A DNA stretch of 64,000 nt from Tubiluchus corallicola (taxonomy: Eukaryota > Animalia > Priapulida), in the NCBI GenBank assembly GCA_030141605.1, contig JAQGDQ010000264.1, positions 124,001-188,000 of the forward strand, given 5' to 3'. The translations under genes and the position numbers were made by a program. Shown one piece after another: positions 12,601-27,600 of this stretch (position 1 is the stretch's first letter; each line of letters begins with the position of its first letter). The notes under the pieces are model-generated. The model did no database searches and was not told the origin of the DNA. It was given only the letters and a program-made list of their open reading frames with translations.

Positions 12601-15600
12601 TCATTGCACAACGCATAACTGAGTATGATTTCCTTTAACGTAACAGCAGCATTCCTTACTGGATTTTTAGCTGAAACAAGTAATTTATCACTGGCTGTGT
12701 GTTCTTAATACTACAATTCTTTTGCATGGTCTCTTCGGTATAATTTTAATGTAGTCTCAACATGCAGCTACTAATAAGTCGAAGAAAATTGCCCAATTTA
12801 GCCTAAACAAGCTCATTTTAGGTTAACTCACAATGCAGGCATTATTATCGCTTCTTGACTACCACGCATTACCTACCCGACTTCTGTGTTTTTGGTGTTC
12901 TGGTTTCTAAAACCCCGCAGCTCGACAAGCACGTTTATGACTGTAGAGCATTTATGGTTTTCCGTGGGAGGGATTTAGTTGTCATGCAAACCATAGATTT
13001 ATGACTGCTTGTGCCTATTTCTCTGCATATATCTTTACTATAACTCATTTAATATGTCATAATGAAAAACGACGTGTCACCAACATCGGGCAACTCAGTC
13101 GTATATATTTATTGTCAAAAACTGAATTAATATTTCTATACACGAAGATTATTTCATTAATCTAGGAGTGCCTAGCAGAGATATAATTTGTATACTGTGT
13201 TCTTTGTCATGGTAATTCCACAGTAGAGAAATATCAGGCTGTGATTGAAACAGTTGAGGATTCTGCTGTTACTGTTACTGTGGACCTTGATTTCTTCTGC
13301 AAGTTGCTTTGTGTCAGTATTTATTGATTTTTGAACCCAAGAATTTTGAGAATTCCTACGGGGATGATGATAATATTTAAGTGCTTTTCTTCGGACGCCG
13401 CCGTTTGTTGAATTTTGACAATAAATTTTCCTACTTCCCATTTTTCCTCTATTCCTGTGCCGATACAGGAACGTTTGGTTCGTAAAAGTGATCCTATTAC
13501 AAGTTTTTCTAGTGTGATAGCGCGTCAAACTCGACATTTATGTTATATATGCGTCTTAGTCTCGGCTGATTCCAATAACTGACTGTTGGAATTACCTCCT
13601 TGGTGTACATGTTTATCTTGCAGTTTACACAAAAACCTAGTGTTTAATGGTGCTACGTACCTGCAATGTATAACAGAATATTGTTTGTACGGGCGGCAGT
13701 AAGTCATGAGCCGCTGAACACTCATGTTCTGCTGCTTGATTTCACAAGCACATTTACATTATTTCTAGTGTTAGAAAGCCTGCGTCAGGCCGTTAAGTCT
13801 TATATGAGATTAGTGTGCCTTAGGTGTCAGCACAGGTAATTCCTGCAATCAGAACAAAGAGAAAAGATGCGTGAGACAACGAATGCAATCTTTCCTTGCT
13901 CTTTTAGTGTCTCGTAATGTGATATCCAATGTTCGCTTGTGTATTCAAGATTAGATGTTGTGTAATAGCAATTATAATTAACTATGAATTAAAGCCTGCT
14001 GAATTAAATTACATAATGACGTATGACGGAAGTGAATGCTATGGATAGTACGCTGCTGCAACATTTATATTGTATAATCGACAAGTAAACGTCTTGGTGA
14101 AGTCATAGCTAAATTGATGGTTGTTGTGTCAGGATCATTAATCTTAGTTGCCCAAGATTTAGCTCATACTTCAGCAACACGTAGTGTGAATGCGCGTTCG
14201 TAGCATTGGCCATTTTACTTCTCAGACGGCGTGATGCATTGTGGGTAATGTTTTGCTGTTCTTTGTCCGCAAATATTTTCCATTCCGCATATCAATTAAG
14301 GGACGAAATGAGCTGAATGGTGAAAGGAGAAGGCGAAATCTTCAACGGACAGGATACAGGAAAACAGAGAAGCACACAGTCACGTATAGACAGAGGTGCA
14401 TTTGTTATGCTTGAAAGGACTCCGCCTGCCCTTGCCTTGGGCTAGTATAGTGAACTGGGATTCAATACCATTCTTTACAGGTGCATGATTCTGTAACACT
14501 TGCTCATCAAAATAAAGTTAGTTTGTTTCACAAGAAGTTTGGACGGGTAGTGTTCAAGTTATTATGATTTTTCCGTGAGTGCAACTGGAACTTTAAGCCT
14601 TTGTGTCTTATAGTGTGATTCTTTCTATGCAGTTTTTTTTAAAACTAATATTTTCAGTACTCATCCACGTGTTATCGTGTTCTTATTATAATTCTCACCA
14701 GGGGAAACTGTGTAATGTTAAAAAATGTGTTGTAGAAGCCAGGGAAAGTGATTTGTTTTTTTCTTGTTCTGCATACCTTAGCCATGATGCTACTGGAACC
14801 ATAGATGTGCTCATATCATCTTCCATTATGTCTCATTACAAGCTAGCAAAAACTTCATCTAGTGTCACGCCTGTGGCGGGTAGCCAACACCAGAATCGGC
14901 GCATTTCCGACAAATCCTACAAACTGATCCGCCAGTCTAAACCATTGTCATACATACCCGAAAATGAAGTTACTTCACCGTCTCAGAACACAGCCGAGAA
15001 GAAAGGAGACCGTTTGGACATGGCCATTAGACGAACGGATAAAGACGAAATTTATTATAAGCGACCGGTGCAAACGAAAAATTTGAGAAACAATGCAATA
15101 CGTAATCGCAACAATGTTAAATACCATAGACATGGAAAAAAGCGAACAGTTAAACCTAACCCGTATTGGTATTGTCTCTATCCATGTGGGGTAAGTAATT
15201 GGCCCCCAAGTAATACGGCCTCCAAGTAGAAAGTAGAACTTTCTTATTTACGTCTTGTGGTAAATCTACATAGTACCTAGATCTACCCGCTCAATGTTAA
15301 TAACTTGAACAACATTGCAGATTTGTAATCAAATCATATGAAAATCAAGTTATTCTAATTTTGCTTCACCAACATAGTAATTACTTTTTAATAAGTACTT
15401 TCTACTCTTATCCAAGTTAATTGGACTAAACGTTTTGATGCATATTTGCCATCTTTGGTAAGTAGGCCTAACATTGTTATTTTACATGATTAAGCCTAAA
15501 ATCCTTATTTTTTATATATGTTTTTTATATGTTTTTTTTGGCACTGATCGTACTAAAAAGCATGTGTCCTGTAAGTGTTTAATTGTAATTTTTACTTTTT

Positions 15601-18600
15601 TTACTGCAAATAATTTTTACCTCAAATGTATTTTTTTTCATTATTTCTCGGAAAATTAAAAAAAACACATGGGATCACATGAAATGGGTGCAAATAAAGC
15701 ACTTAACAAATGTTTAAGTGACCATACTCATTTTAGCTGTGGTTTGTGGCACGATACCAGCATTATAATGAACTCAGGCATCCATTATTTGGTCACCTTG
15801 TCAATTAAACTTGTATGTCCACCTGCATGATGACAGGTGTGAAAAATAATGAGACACTGAATGTCCTCTTTATGTTCAATGCACCTCCCCCCTTGCAATT
15901 TTTTTCTGGTAAATTTTTAGCAACGTTTTTAATAAACAGTTCAAAAAAAATATATAAGCAGTGTCTTGTTAGCTATTAGCTACAGCTGCTACACCCTACC
16001 CCTTCCCCCTCCCCCGCCCCCCCCCCATGAGACTGCAAAAATGTGATCTTTTGACATGGAGGAGAAGGAAAGTAGCTTGAAAACGTAAAAATATACAGTC
16101 ATTTTAAGTGACAGTGATAAATAGTCAAAATTAGGACATCAATCCTGGATGTGGAGGAGGCAAAAATGACATGAATTGATGAGCAATTTTCTCCAAACTT
16201 GTGCAAATTGTGGCGATAAACAACCTAGAATAGCCGGCCAAACAAGCTTTACTGTCGAGCGGAATGAATAATCTCAGAGCAAAAACTTGTCTGTAATGAA
16301 ATAATACAATGCTACCAGTGCTCATGATTTATATGCTGCCTGAGGTTATAAACTTTTCCACGCTTCTGATTCCAAGCTGATGCATTGAACTTCTAGAAAA
16401 AAACTCCCCCAATGCCTTCCTTTTGAATGGAAATACTGTATCTTTTCTAGCCATCGTGCAGTGCATGTTCTCAAGTTCAGAAGTGTGTTAAAACAATGTT
16501 AAGTAAGAATTGCCCTTGTGCTCAACGTAAGCTGTCTTGCTGTATTATTGAAAATTCTATATTGAAAATTACGCAATTCTTGAAAATGCGTAACTTTGAG
16601 CTCTCATAAAGATATACAGTATTCCAAAATAATTGTTTGTTGCCCTTGGTATTCAAGAGCTATGAGCCACAGTGCTATTACTCTGACAGTCGAACGGAGC
16701 AACACAAGTTTTCCTACTGATGTTTGGAGTTCCATTTGCAAATTCTTTAAATTTAATACAGCAAGTACAGCAGTTGGCAATATTTGTTCTGCCCATCGTT
16801 TGTAATTATTGAACTCTAGTTTGTTGGTTCAGTTCATAATACCAACAGAAACTAATCTCTAGCTGACGGCTTGGGTACCTGGTCGAAGAACAGGAACGCA
16901 TGATCACTGTTGTTATTTAATAATGCGTGCGAGAAGCAATGATTATACTAGTTTTATTTGCTTAGATTACTTTGTGTAGAGTTTACTTTGCAGCTTAGTA
17001 CATCCAGAAAAAGCGCTATTGGACTTTTAATCGCTCTTCCTAAACTTGCTATGTACTACGTCGCAGTTGATTTTAGAACATTCAACCTTGCTCAGTCAGC
17101 TAGTAGATGAATTGACTCATGGCCTACAAAATGCTCCTTCTAATACCTCGTGTTGAAGTCTTGAACGATATACTTCAAAAAATCTTTTTACAATATACTA
17201 AAAGTTTGGGTGCGTATTATATCGGAAAGAAGCGGGTGACACTTTTTCCTAATGTACTACCAAAATCTTTAACTATGACCAAGCTGTTGTAATTATGTAA
17301 TTTTTTGCCTCTGGGCCTAGCTTGGCACTGTATTACTTAATCACCTTTCTACTGACTTATACCTGCAGGTACGTTGCTATTCAAGCCATGCACCTCACAC
17401 CTGTCATTTTGAACAGCGTTGTATTAATTAAAAATGAGCTTCTTGCAGGATCATGCTGTTTTCAAAATGCAGATTTTGTATTGAAATATTTCAGCTACGT
17501 TCTTTGCCAGCATTAGCAGTACTTAGCTGCAATGATTTCTTCTGAATAAATGTGTAATAGTGTCCACTAACCAGTGATAAGCAATGACTTTGCTTTCTGT
17601 TTTGCTGTGGTTAGCCATGGTTATGGCCATGGTTAGCTGGAATATGTTTCGCCAATCAGCTTGAGTCACTTAATTTTAAGACTAAATAATGTAGTTTCTA
17701 AGTTTCCAGATTTTCAATTTGTGATTCAGTTGTTTTGGATACAGGCTGACATAATGTGAAATCAGTTTGTTCCACTTTTCACTATTTACATGTCATCAGC
17801 ACAGTAATATGTAGCATTATCTATGTGTTAGCGATGACTTTGTCCGAACCACAAGTTGTATAACAAGTTGAGTTATATGAGACAGCAAAAAGTCTCTTAA
17901 AAATCTGTAACAGACATCTTTGGTCTCAATTTCGTCTGTCACAGGCACATGTTCCTAATATTCTCATAAAATGCTAGAAAGTTTTTTAGCAAAAAGGTTT
18001 CTGCAATATCTGTTCCTGTGGAAAAACCATGTTAATACTTATTTACAGAATTCCTTGTATGGCTGTCTTTTGGTGCTTATAAGTTAAGATTTAAGAACAA
18101 AAAATATGGAAGCTTTAGGATATATTGTGATTGGATAGAATTTTATTGTACCTCATTTTACAACTGTGTTCTAAAAAGTTACAAATTCAGTTGTATGTAT
18201 ATTTTTTCTCCTCACTATCTTTCCAGCAATTCTGTTTATAGTTTGGTCTCCGGCAAAAACGATGTAACCACTAAACAACTTAATTTGCTGTCATTAATTT
18301 TTGGTTACTTGTAACTGCAATGTGGCTGTTATAAATGTATGGAGTTCGCACTATTATAAACAGTAATTGACTGTATGATAACCTGTTTGATGTATTGTTC
18401 GGCATTCTTCATCTTAGCTTAACTTTTTTGATTACTGATATTTTAGCCTCGTACATTTTTTTACATTTACCAAGCTCAATGAAATCTTGTGGTTACTTTC
18501 CTTCTTTAGTTACAATTTTAAACTTTTTGGAACTTTTAGTATACTTAGCAGAAAGTTGTGTCCATGCTTCCACTTATATCAGTATTTTTTGTTTCAGTTG

Positions 18601-21600
18601 GTTCCTGCAGAGGGCACTGGTAGCAGCGTATCAGACACAACATCACAATGTGCAGAAAGTGTGGTCCATGGGGATATGCATATAGAAAGGACAGGTGGAA
18701 TTGGAGATAGCCGCCCACCGTCTTTCCAGTAAGTATTAAAGACAAACTGGAAGACGTTACTGCAAAAATATTGGTCTCAAAGGCATTTTCTTTATATAAT
18801 TCAACAATCTTTCGAATTTTCCTTTAAGCACTATTAGCTTGAACTGCAAGAGATTATCACCCTCTTTTCATATTTATGGCTGTTGTGTGATCAAAGCTAC
18901 TGTACCTATATTGAGAAATACAGCACTTTATTACATTCTCTATAACTTAAGTTTAATAGTTTAATATTGTGACTGTCGCTACGAAAACGGAAAAGATCTT
19001 ACTAAATTTTTTGTAAACTAGCATTTCGACGTAGGTAGTTGATATGTGATATTCAGGGTCGAAATAAACTCTTCAGCAATGTAAAACACAAGCACAGACC
19101 CAATATGTTTTGCCTGTTGCTCTTCAGGATAACAGAAAATTTAAACTTAATTATACACAAAACCACATTTTAAGCGTTTTGTGTAATTAAATTATGCCAT
19201 TTTTTGATGACAAACCAAATCTTCTGGGGTGGGCCTTCTAAGCCCGAAAGCTGCACGATAGAATAGCTCAGCATATTTCAAAGCAAATATTGAATGGCTT
19301 TGAGACAGGATGGGTACACATAGGGGTGCAGAATATCACTATCTGAAATTTGGGTAGATGCTGAACCTGGGTCAGCTATAGTGACTTATTTGTTATCACC
19401 AGATTGTGCTGCCCGCTTCAGTATTAAGGTGTTTTTAATAGTGATACAGTGTGAGCCAGATGAACATCTAAATGTTATGGAATCTCTTTATATTAAACAA
19501 TATAAACCAGTGTAATGTAGGAAAAGGAACACCTCTATACATTTACCTGTTTTGATTAAGCAGTAATTTATTTAACAGTTCACTGTTATATATGTATAAT
19601 CGAACTCATTACAGAAATATAAAAATTAAATTTTATTTTGTTTCTTCTTTGTTTGCTTTCCCCGCCAGTGTGTTATTCAATATCCAGCTTGCTACAGTGA
19701 GTGGTGTTTCTATCAACTGACCATGACATACATAACATGACCGAGCTTCTCAGTCATAGTAAAAGTTGCCATACATATATATTAGCTAAATGGCCAGCTT
19801 TTATTTTAATGTTAAACTTGGATTGAATCATAGCTTTGTCCCATTGTAGTTTCTTAAACCCAATGAAGCTGATCACCGGATTTTCGTATTTTTTTCATTT
19901 CCTGCTGTTTTAGTTTTATATCTTTCATTCTACAGATCCGTCTCACGTAAACACGTTAAGATAAGATTATTAATTTGAATGCTGAGCATAAAGCAACCTG
20001 TTTGGGACTTAATTTCTATGCATGCATGCATGTTAATCCATCAATTTGCTTAGTGCAAAAAGGTCAGAACTTGTTTGACCTTCCAGCAGAAACTCAGCCT
20101 TTCATAGAAGAACACGTAATTGCCTCACTTTTCAAATTTCGTCCTACACGCTGACAGACAATTCAAAACTTTAAGAGTAATATCCTTGGAAAGTCTTGCC
20201 TAAGCTTGAGCATTTTTCTAAAGCTGGAAATAGGATTATAGGTTCTACTTTTTTGTTCCGTTTAACTGCATCCCTTGTGGTGTGGCATTTACTTATTAGA
20301 GCATCAATTGACTGCAAGATAGTGGTGTTTTCTTTAAGAGTTTTACATTTTTTTGCTATTGAATGGTAGGGGTGAGCATTCTGTACCAAAGCCAAAGCCA
20401 ATTTGAAAGATTTTTCAATAATTTTTCAAATCAATAATAAAAAGCTGTGTCACAATTATCACGCGTATTGCTTGATTTTGTTCTGCAGTAAAAACACAAA
20501 GAATCTGTGTAAGAACTGCACACTGAAATTGCAGCTGAATTGTGTACATTGCTTGCTGTTTCAAACGTTTTAATGATAAAGAATGTATGTAGTTGAAGTA
20601 TTGAATCATTTGAATCTATAGTTTTAGGTTTGAATCGAACTCAAACTAAAGAAAAACTTGTTCAATGCTTACCCCTAGTAGACGGGCCTGGGGGGGGGGC
20701 AACAGTAGAGGCAGGTGGCTAGTTTTAAATTGCAAACTGTGATTCAGACCACATTACAGTAATGCGTCAGTCAACTGCTACCATTGATATTCATAATGGT
20801 ATTGTACCATACATGATACTACTATACAATAGTAACATTTTGTACTATACTATGAGTTTCAACAACACAGTCAACTACATAAATATATTATTATTGTAAA
20901 CTAAACAACATTGCTTTACTATCATGTTTACTCAACAAGTGCTGTATTGAATTCACATGTATCTATTTAGATTATAGTATTGCATTCTTACTTAATTCTT
21001 AGGATCACCATAATATTTAAGGCTGCTATACAGGCTGCATTACTAGTCTCCACGGAGGCATTATTAATGCCAGTGCAGGGTAGAAAAAATAATGAATGCC
21101 TAAATTATCTCACTGAATAGACTGCACAGTTAAACTGTTTCCAGTTATTCAGTATCTGTAGTTTTGACAATCAACTCGATTAACAAGTTTTCAGTGCCTA
21201 TGTCTGGATTAGTAATACTTTCTTCAAAACTCTATTGAAAGGTGATTTACTATTCTGAATTAGTACATATTTTGAAATAATTAATAGTTAGTACTGACCA
21301 AAAAATGGACAAAATTTTTTTGCTAATGAAAGTTTTCCTGAAACAGTTTTACATGCTGGCTAAAATTATGTCATCAAGATTCAGCTAACTCAGCTGATTA
21401 GATTAAAATAATATTGATATTTTTAAATTAGTTTTTGCTTTTATCATCAAAGACTCATTGATTTTAAATATTTGATTCATTTTAAACAGACTCTTGTAAC
21501 TGTGCAGAAAGAGAATCATCTATTGGAGAATTTTATTTCCTCCTAATCTTTTTGTTCATTTCCTTCAACAAAGTACAGGGTCTTGCAGTGTTTTTCATTT

Positions 21601-24600
21601 TCTTTCTAAGCTGAAACCCAAACCTTATTATGCTGGGAATGTTGTTCTTTTCTTTCTAGCATGTTCTACTCATGCTGGCCACATTGTTCCTTTTCTTACC
21701 CCAGTGGTCAACTATTATGTTATCTGACACATCTCGTGGGACTCGAATTGCAAATTTTTTGTACTGGATAAGCTGATTGGTCGGAGGAAATGAATTCTCA
21801 CACAATGTTAAAGCTTTAGATCTTATCATTTGGTGTGGCCTTTTAAACAAGGTGCTAAGCACAGGAGTGTAGGAGTTTATTGCATTCACATGCCTTAAAG
21901 TCTCAAACAGTAGTTGACAGTTAGCCTGCTGAACCTTTGCATACCTAAAGTGTGTTTTATTGTCTGGCAGTGTTCACTGGATTATAAATTTTGCTTGAGT
22001 AAGTGAATGTTATAAAAAATTTATGCATTTGGTGCTCTTTCAACATCATCGAGGTTTTTTATATTTATTTGAGAATTTTTTACTCCAAGGAAGGAAGTGC
22101 TACAGTGTAAATACATTTCCTGAAATCATGGACTCCCATCCATCATAGAATAGCATTAGCTGTTTTTGAAAAGCAATACGTCGTCGTCCGTGTCGCAATA
22201 ATTGTCACATTAGGAAATTTTGTGTCTTTCATATTGACACCGGGGGCATTGTGCACGGTGTTCATACAAACTGCCCCGGTATGTGTAGAGTCAACAGCAT
22301 TTAGCACTTAGTGTGAATAATTATAGGTTTTAAACGCGAACAACTTGTTTCTACAACACATCCGTTGGTCACTTAGCCAGTTGGGTGGTTGTGTTTCAGC
22401 TAAAATGTGTTTAAGTGTGTGATAACAGTTGGAGTGTAAAATACCAATGTAAATGTTAACATGGTGGGTATTCGACGATACCAGAGATGCCTCGTGCCAG
22501 TTCCTTGACTTCGTGCACTTCCAGAATTCATCCTGGCTGATTTTTTAGACTGGTGCCTGCAGGAATTAATGTGATTTGCTGTTGTTGTTGCTCTTGTTGA
22601 TGGTGTTGATGATGAGAACGTCATCACTGGAAGTTTGCATATTTTACAACATAGGCCTATCTGTGTGCTATTGTTATGTACTTACAACTAGTTATGGGTA
22701 ATATTCTACGTAGACTATTACTGGAAATATATGCGGCAGATGACATTCTGGAAGACGAGGACAAAAAGTCTTCCAAAAGGTATTCATGGCATCTTTAAAT
22801 AAGAATTTTTGGAGATATGCTACATGATTCCAGTGCAGTGTGTATGCAGCGCTAGTGACTGGCACTAATGAACATCTAAGACTGTAATATTAAGTTTCTA
22901 TTTATGCTTGAGTTTCAACCGAAAACTGATTATCAAATTTTTAAATGAACTCCTAAATATAGGTGATTTTACTTGGTAAACATTCCAATAAAAATAGGCT
23001 TTTAAGTGGTATACATTGCATGCATGGTTTCAAGACACTTTCATAAAGTTTTTGCCTTCCGGCATGTGAGAATATCGAAACCTTGCAACTTTTTATAAGT
23101 CTTAATGCTTTCTTAAACAACTCTTGATCTTGTTTTCTGTCCAGTGGTGCTTGATCTTTTGGTCGCTTTATGTTCTGCAGACTAAATTGCAAAATGGACT
23201 TCTAAGGCACAATCATTTAGCCTTGAAAGATCCAACTAAGTTCTTCTCTAACATGATTAAATTACCTACGCTACCACGAATCTTCTTCGCTTGCAATTTA
23301 AATTTATATTAGTTTCACCATTTTGAGTTAATGGTATGTGGTGTCGGCAACTCTTTACCCACTGTAAATTATGGCTTAGCTCTAGTAAGAAGTGGTTGTA
23401 GCATGTCTGTAATTATTAGGTACCTCGTCCTTGCCTCCAGGACGCACACAAACCTGAATTTTAACTCAAGTGAATATCAGACAGGTTGCCTTATAAGAAA
23501 GCAAATATTGTTCCTTAATAGATTCAGTGTGTTTTTCTCACAATTTGTGTTATTGCTACAGCAGTAATTGTTTCAAAGTTATTATTTCCTGCATAAAATT
23601 CATCAGAACACCTTGAAAGTTTTGACATATTTGCCTCATTAAATATAGTCATTAAATATTTTATTAAAGATAGTTACTGTTAAAAGAAAGAAATTATGCA
23701 GAATCTCTGATACACCTAAGCTTTCTGAACAGCACTTTTTTTTAGTTTAATGTAATATTACAATCCAGCAGTCACAATATAATAGATGCTAATAACAAAT
23801 GAATTCAACCCGTTTAGCAGTCACTCTCCATTTCGAAATCGATAGCTACATTTTTCATTTTTTCATAATAAGGTTCTATCGTAGATTTTCCTAAAAAGGA
23901 TAAAAATCCTTTGAATGTCACCACAGTAATTCATATAGACATAGACATAGACATTTTTATTTATCTCCTCATTTACACCTGTATACAAATTGACTAATTA
24001 TTTTTTTTAGTTATTGATTAAAAAGGATAAATTAAGCATAAAGGAAAGAGTTAAGGGGGTGCAGGAGAAAGGGTAGCGAAAGACCAATTGGTCATCGGAG
24101 TCAGCTACCCTTCTCAGGTAAATGATTCATGAAAATTTGAAACAATAATATATTAGTGAATATATAACCATTGTAATTTTCACAACTACAATTTCCTCAA
24201 GAGCATAGGCAAAGGCAAACCTACAATTGTAGATTTGATTGGCACTCAGTTAAAAATGAACTGTTTAACCTCAGTATTTATTACACCCAGCAATTTTGTG
24301 CAGTCTGTTTCTTGTCTCGTTTGTGACTAAGACTGTAATTAACAGATCTGCAATAATAATAAATGGCTTTTATTTTTTTTTATTTAGTAAGCTGATTGTG
24401 CCATATGCTTGAACTTTGAACAGGATGTCATCTAATCAATTACAAATTTATTTTTCAGTTCTAAACTAACGGGTGGTGATGATTTTGATACCTGTACAGA
24501 AACAGAGTCAGTGATTAGTTCCCGAAGAGGTAAGAATATACTAGTAAATTATTATTAATTTCTTGCTAGAGTTTCAGCAAACTAGGAAAATTGGCCCAAG

Positions 24601-27600
24601 TATGATTTTTCTAATTGTTGACCTGTTTCTGAAATTTTTTAAATGCTTTTTTGGAAAAAAAATATGTTTGTAACTTTCATCCATTATCTTGGTCTCTGTG
24701 CTAGATCTCTGCAGTTGTATGTAAAAGAACACGTTCAAGCTGTCATAATTCAGTTACCAGCCCCTAACATTGAAAAATTATATGGCAAACAAAAGTTTGA
24801 AATTAGAAAGTTATGCTGTTTTTTATTTGCATAAAAACTGTTGATTAACTTGTTTGCATATACAATCAGTCTTCCTTTTCAGTAGCTTACTTACACACCG
24901 TGACCCTTTTCAGTAGCTTAATTACACACCGTGACCCTTTGCAGTTAGTATGGTTTCTCTTGCATCTCTCATTTTAGTTTCTTGTAACTGGTTCATGATT
25001 TGTAGATATCAGTTGAAAAGCTTGTTAGCTTGTGAATATTTTCATTTGTGCTTGACCATGTTTATTGACTTTCTAACCATAAGTCCATGACCTTGACCAT
25101 AATCTTGACATATTACTGTTAAAAACTTTTTGATTCTTTTAAAGTTTATTAATTCGTGAAATTTGGTATGACCATCTTACATAGACATAGACATAGAATA
25201 TTTATTTTTTCCAATAGCATTACAGAAATAGTTTTAGTTAAATATTAAATAATTGCAATCATGGAGCAATCATGGAACAGGGAGGGACCAAGGAGTCATG
25301 CAGTCTGCTGCGCTTTCATACAGCTGGATAGGTGTGATTAAAATAAAAATAAACGGTGATGTTCAAGTAACATAATCAATAAGAAAAAACAAAATTGTAG
25401 AAATTGTCAACAAACGAAAAACAAATAGAAAAAAGTTAAATACATAAATCTAAGCAAAAGAACACAATTTGGGGTCCAACAAAAGGTTTGTAAGCAACAT
25501 AATAAAGCAAAATCAATAAGCATGAAGCAAAACATGGACTCTAACTGAAACAAAGCAGATGATGAATAATTGCAACAAAATAATAATGGTAAGTAATAAT
25601 TATTAATGTACTCAAACTAACTCAATCAATATTAATTAATTAGAGGATTCTACGAGAAACAACAAAATCTATATACAGAAAATAATAAGTAGTACTTGCA
25701 ATATATTTGTAGTAATGTATAATAGCAAGAGACATCAATTTTGTTTCTTTAATAATTTTATTAGTGAAAGTAGATTATTCAGTAATTAGAATTATTATGA
25801 GTAGTAGTTACAAATACAGTCTTAGTAATGGGAGAATTTGAATAAGATTAGTGGGTAAAGTTAAAAACTGAAAGTATGGAAAAAGTAAGCATGAAAAAAG
25901 AGACCATCATGGAGAAAAATCATGAATAAAAAACAAGTATGAAAAAGAGCATCAGTTAGTTGGGAGATGAAAAAACTAGCTAGCTAGATTTTCGAGTATC
26001 TTTTGGGAGCAGAAAATAAGCTACTGTCAAAGGTATCTTTTGGCAATGAATTCGTTAATTTTATTTCTCATGATTTGAAACTCTCTTAATCTCTTCACAA
26101 AAACTGTTCAAAAGAAGCAGCTCTTGTGAAGTGGGAATGTATATCAGAAGCATTAGTGAAATATTCCATAACATGAATTTGAACAACTCAAGATTGTAAA
26201 TATGTCGTACTTTTAAAATTTATAATTTCATGAGCGATGGTGTAGCATATTCATATTTGCTAGCAAATGTTATTAATTTTACTATTTTATTTTGTTGTGT
26301 CTGTATTAATTTTTGAATTGATATAAAAGCTGTACCCCATGCTAAGGTGGGATACTGTAAATAAGGGAATATTAATGAATTATATAGAAGCTTCAAGGAT
26401 ATTTTGGTCAACATAGTGCCTTATTTTTAAAATGATTCCGGTAATTGTATGTTATATGTTTTATATGTGGTTCTCATGTTAATTTGTTATCAATGAGTAG
26501 GTCCAAGTATTTAATATTGTCTGTTTCTTCAATTTTGATTTTAGTAATTATAAAATGAAATTTTTAATTATTAACGTCATTAATTTGCTTGTTGTTGATT
26601 ATCATAAATTTGCTTTTTATAATTGATTGATAGATTCTTTGCCCTCATCTCATCCACGGGTCTATTTTCTTCATTGACAGATTTTTGCAATTTACTTATT
26701 TTGGAGTCAGACATGAACAAATTAGGTCATTGGCAAATATTCAGGCACGAAAGTTGCTGCATGTGGGAAGATTACTAATATGAATTAAGAATAGAGGAGG
26801 TCTTAAATTAGAGCCTTGTGGGGCGCTCCACATGATGTGTCTTTGTAGTCCGGTGAAACAGCTTAGTTGTAGCACTACTTTTATATGGTTTTGTGTGTGA
26901 ACGGAATTCAGCAGTCAGCAGTATTTATCCAAAAATTTCAAGTTTCTCACATTAGGTGGCGCTTCGTGTTCACTTTTTCTATGTCTTATTTGATTCTTTG
27001 CTCATGCACATTCCTTCTGTCAGTTGTGTCTCTCGGTTTTTCGCTGGACCGGTTTACTGAACCAAATATTGTCGCAAGACATCAAACAAGATGTTTACTG
27101 ATACGTGACTAGCGAACAGGTAGCGACCTGGAGGAACTGTCCAAAATCATCAGTCTTTACCTGTTATAATCCATCATGCTCATCTTCTCATTAGACAGGT
27201 TTACGTCTGTCAGTACAAATTAGCCAATAATGTACACCGATACCCTGTTGGCTGGTTTGGTATTTCTTACCGAACACTACAGTCTTTCTACAACTAAGAA
27301 CCATTTTTATTTCAGAAAAGGCACAGAACAAATGATATTTGTTTGCATAACTTTATAATTGAGTATACTTGTCCTGTCAAGTTGCACTAATCTTTCACTA
27401 TTCTTTGTGTAATTAGTACATTAACTTCTATGCCTTGAAAAGAAATTTTCATTAAATGCAACATTTTGGGTTGTACCAAGCACATTTATTATTATTAATT
27501 AAAATTTACTTGATCTCATTGTAAAATACGTAGCACTTGTAAAGACATTTAAAAACACCTAACTGTTATGCTACAAATAGGCTTAATCTAGATTACAATG

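Noticed and set aside
13172-13537. 121-aa minus-strand ORF
   Set aside because: No recognisable motif or convincing splice structure
16596-16805. TDVWS..KFFKFN...AVGNIC, BED-finger-like
   Set aside because: A Cys ligand is missing and there is no clear transposase context
19936-19946. 11-nt segment between ctacag and gtaaac
   Set aside because: Would frameshift Dvl; no support
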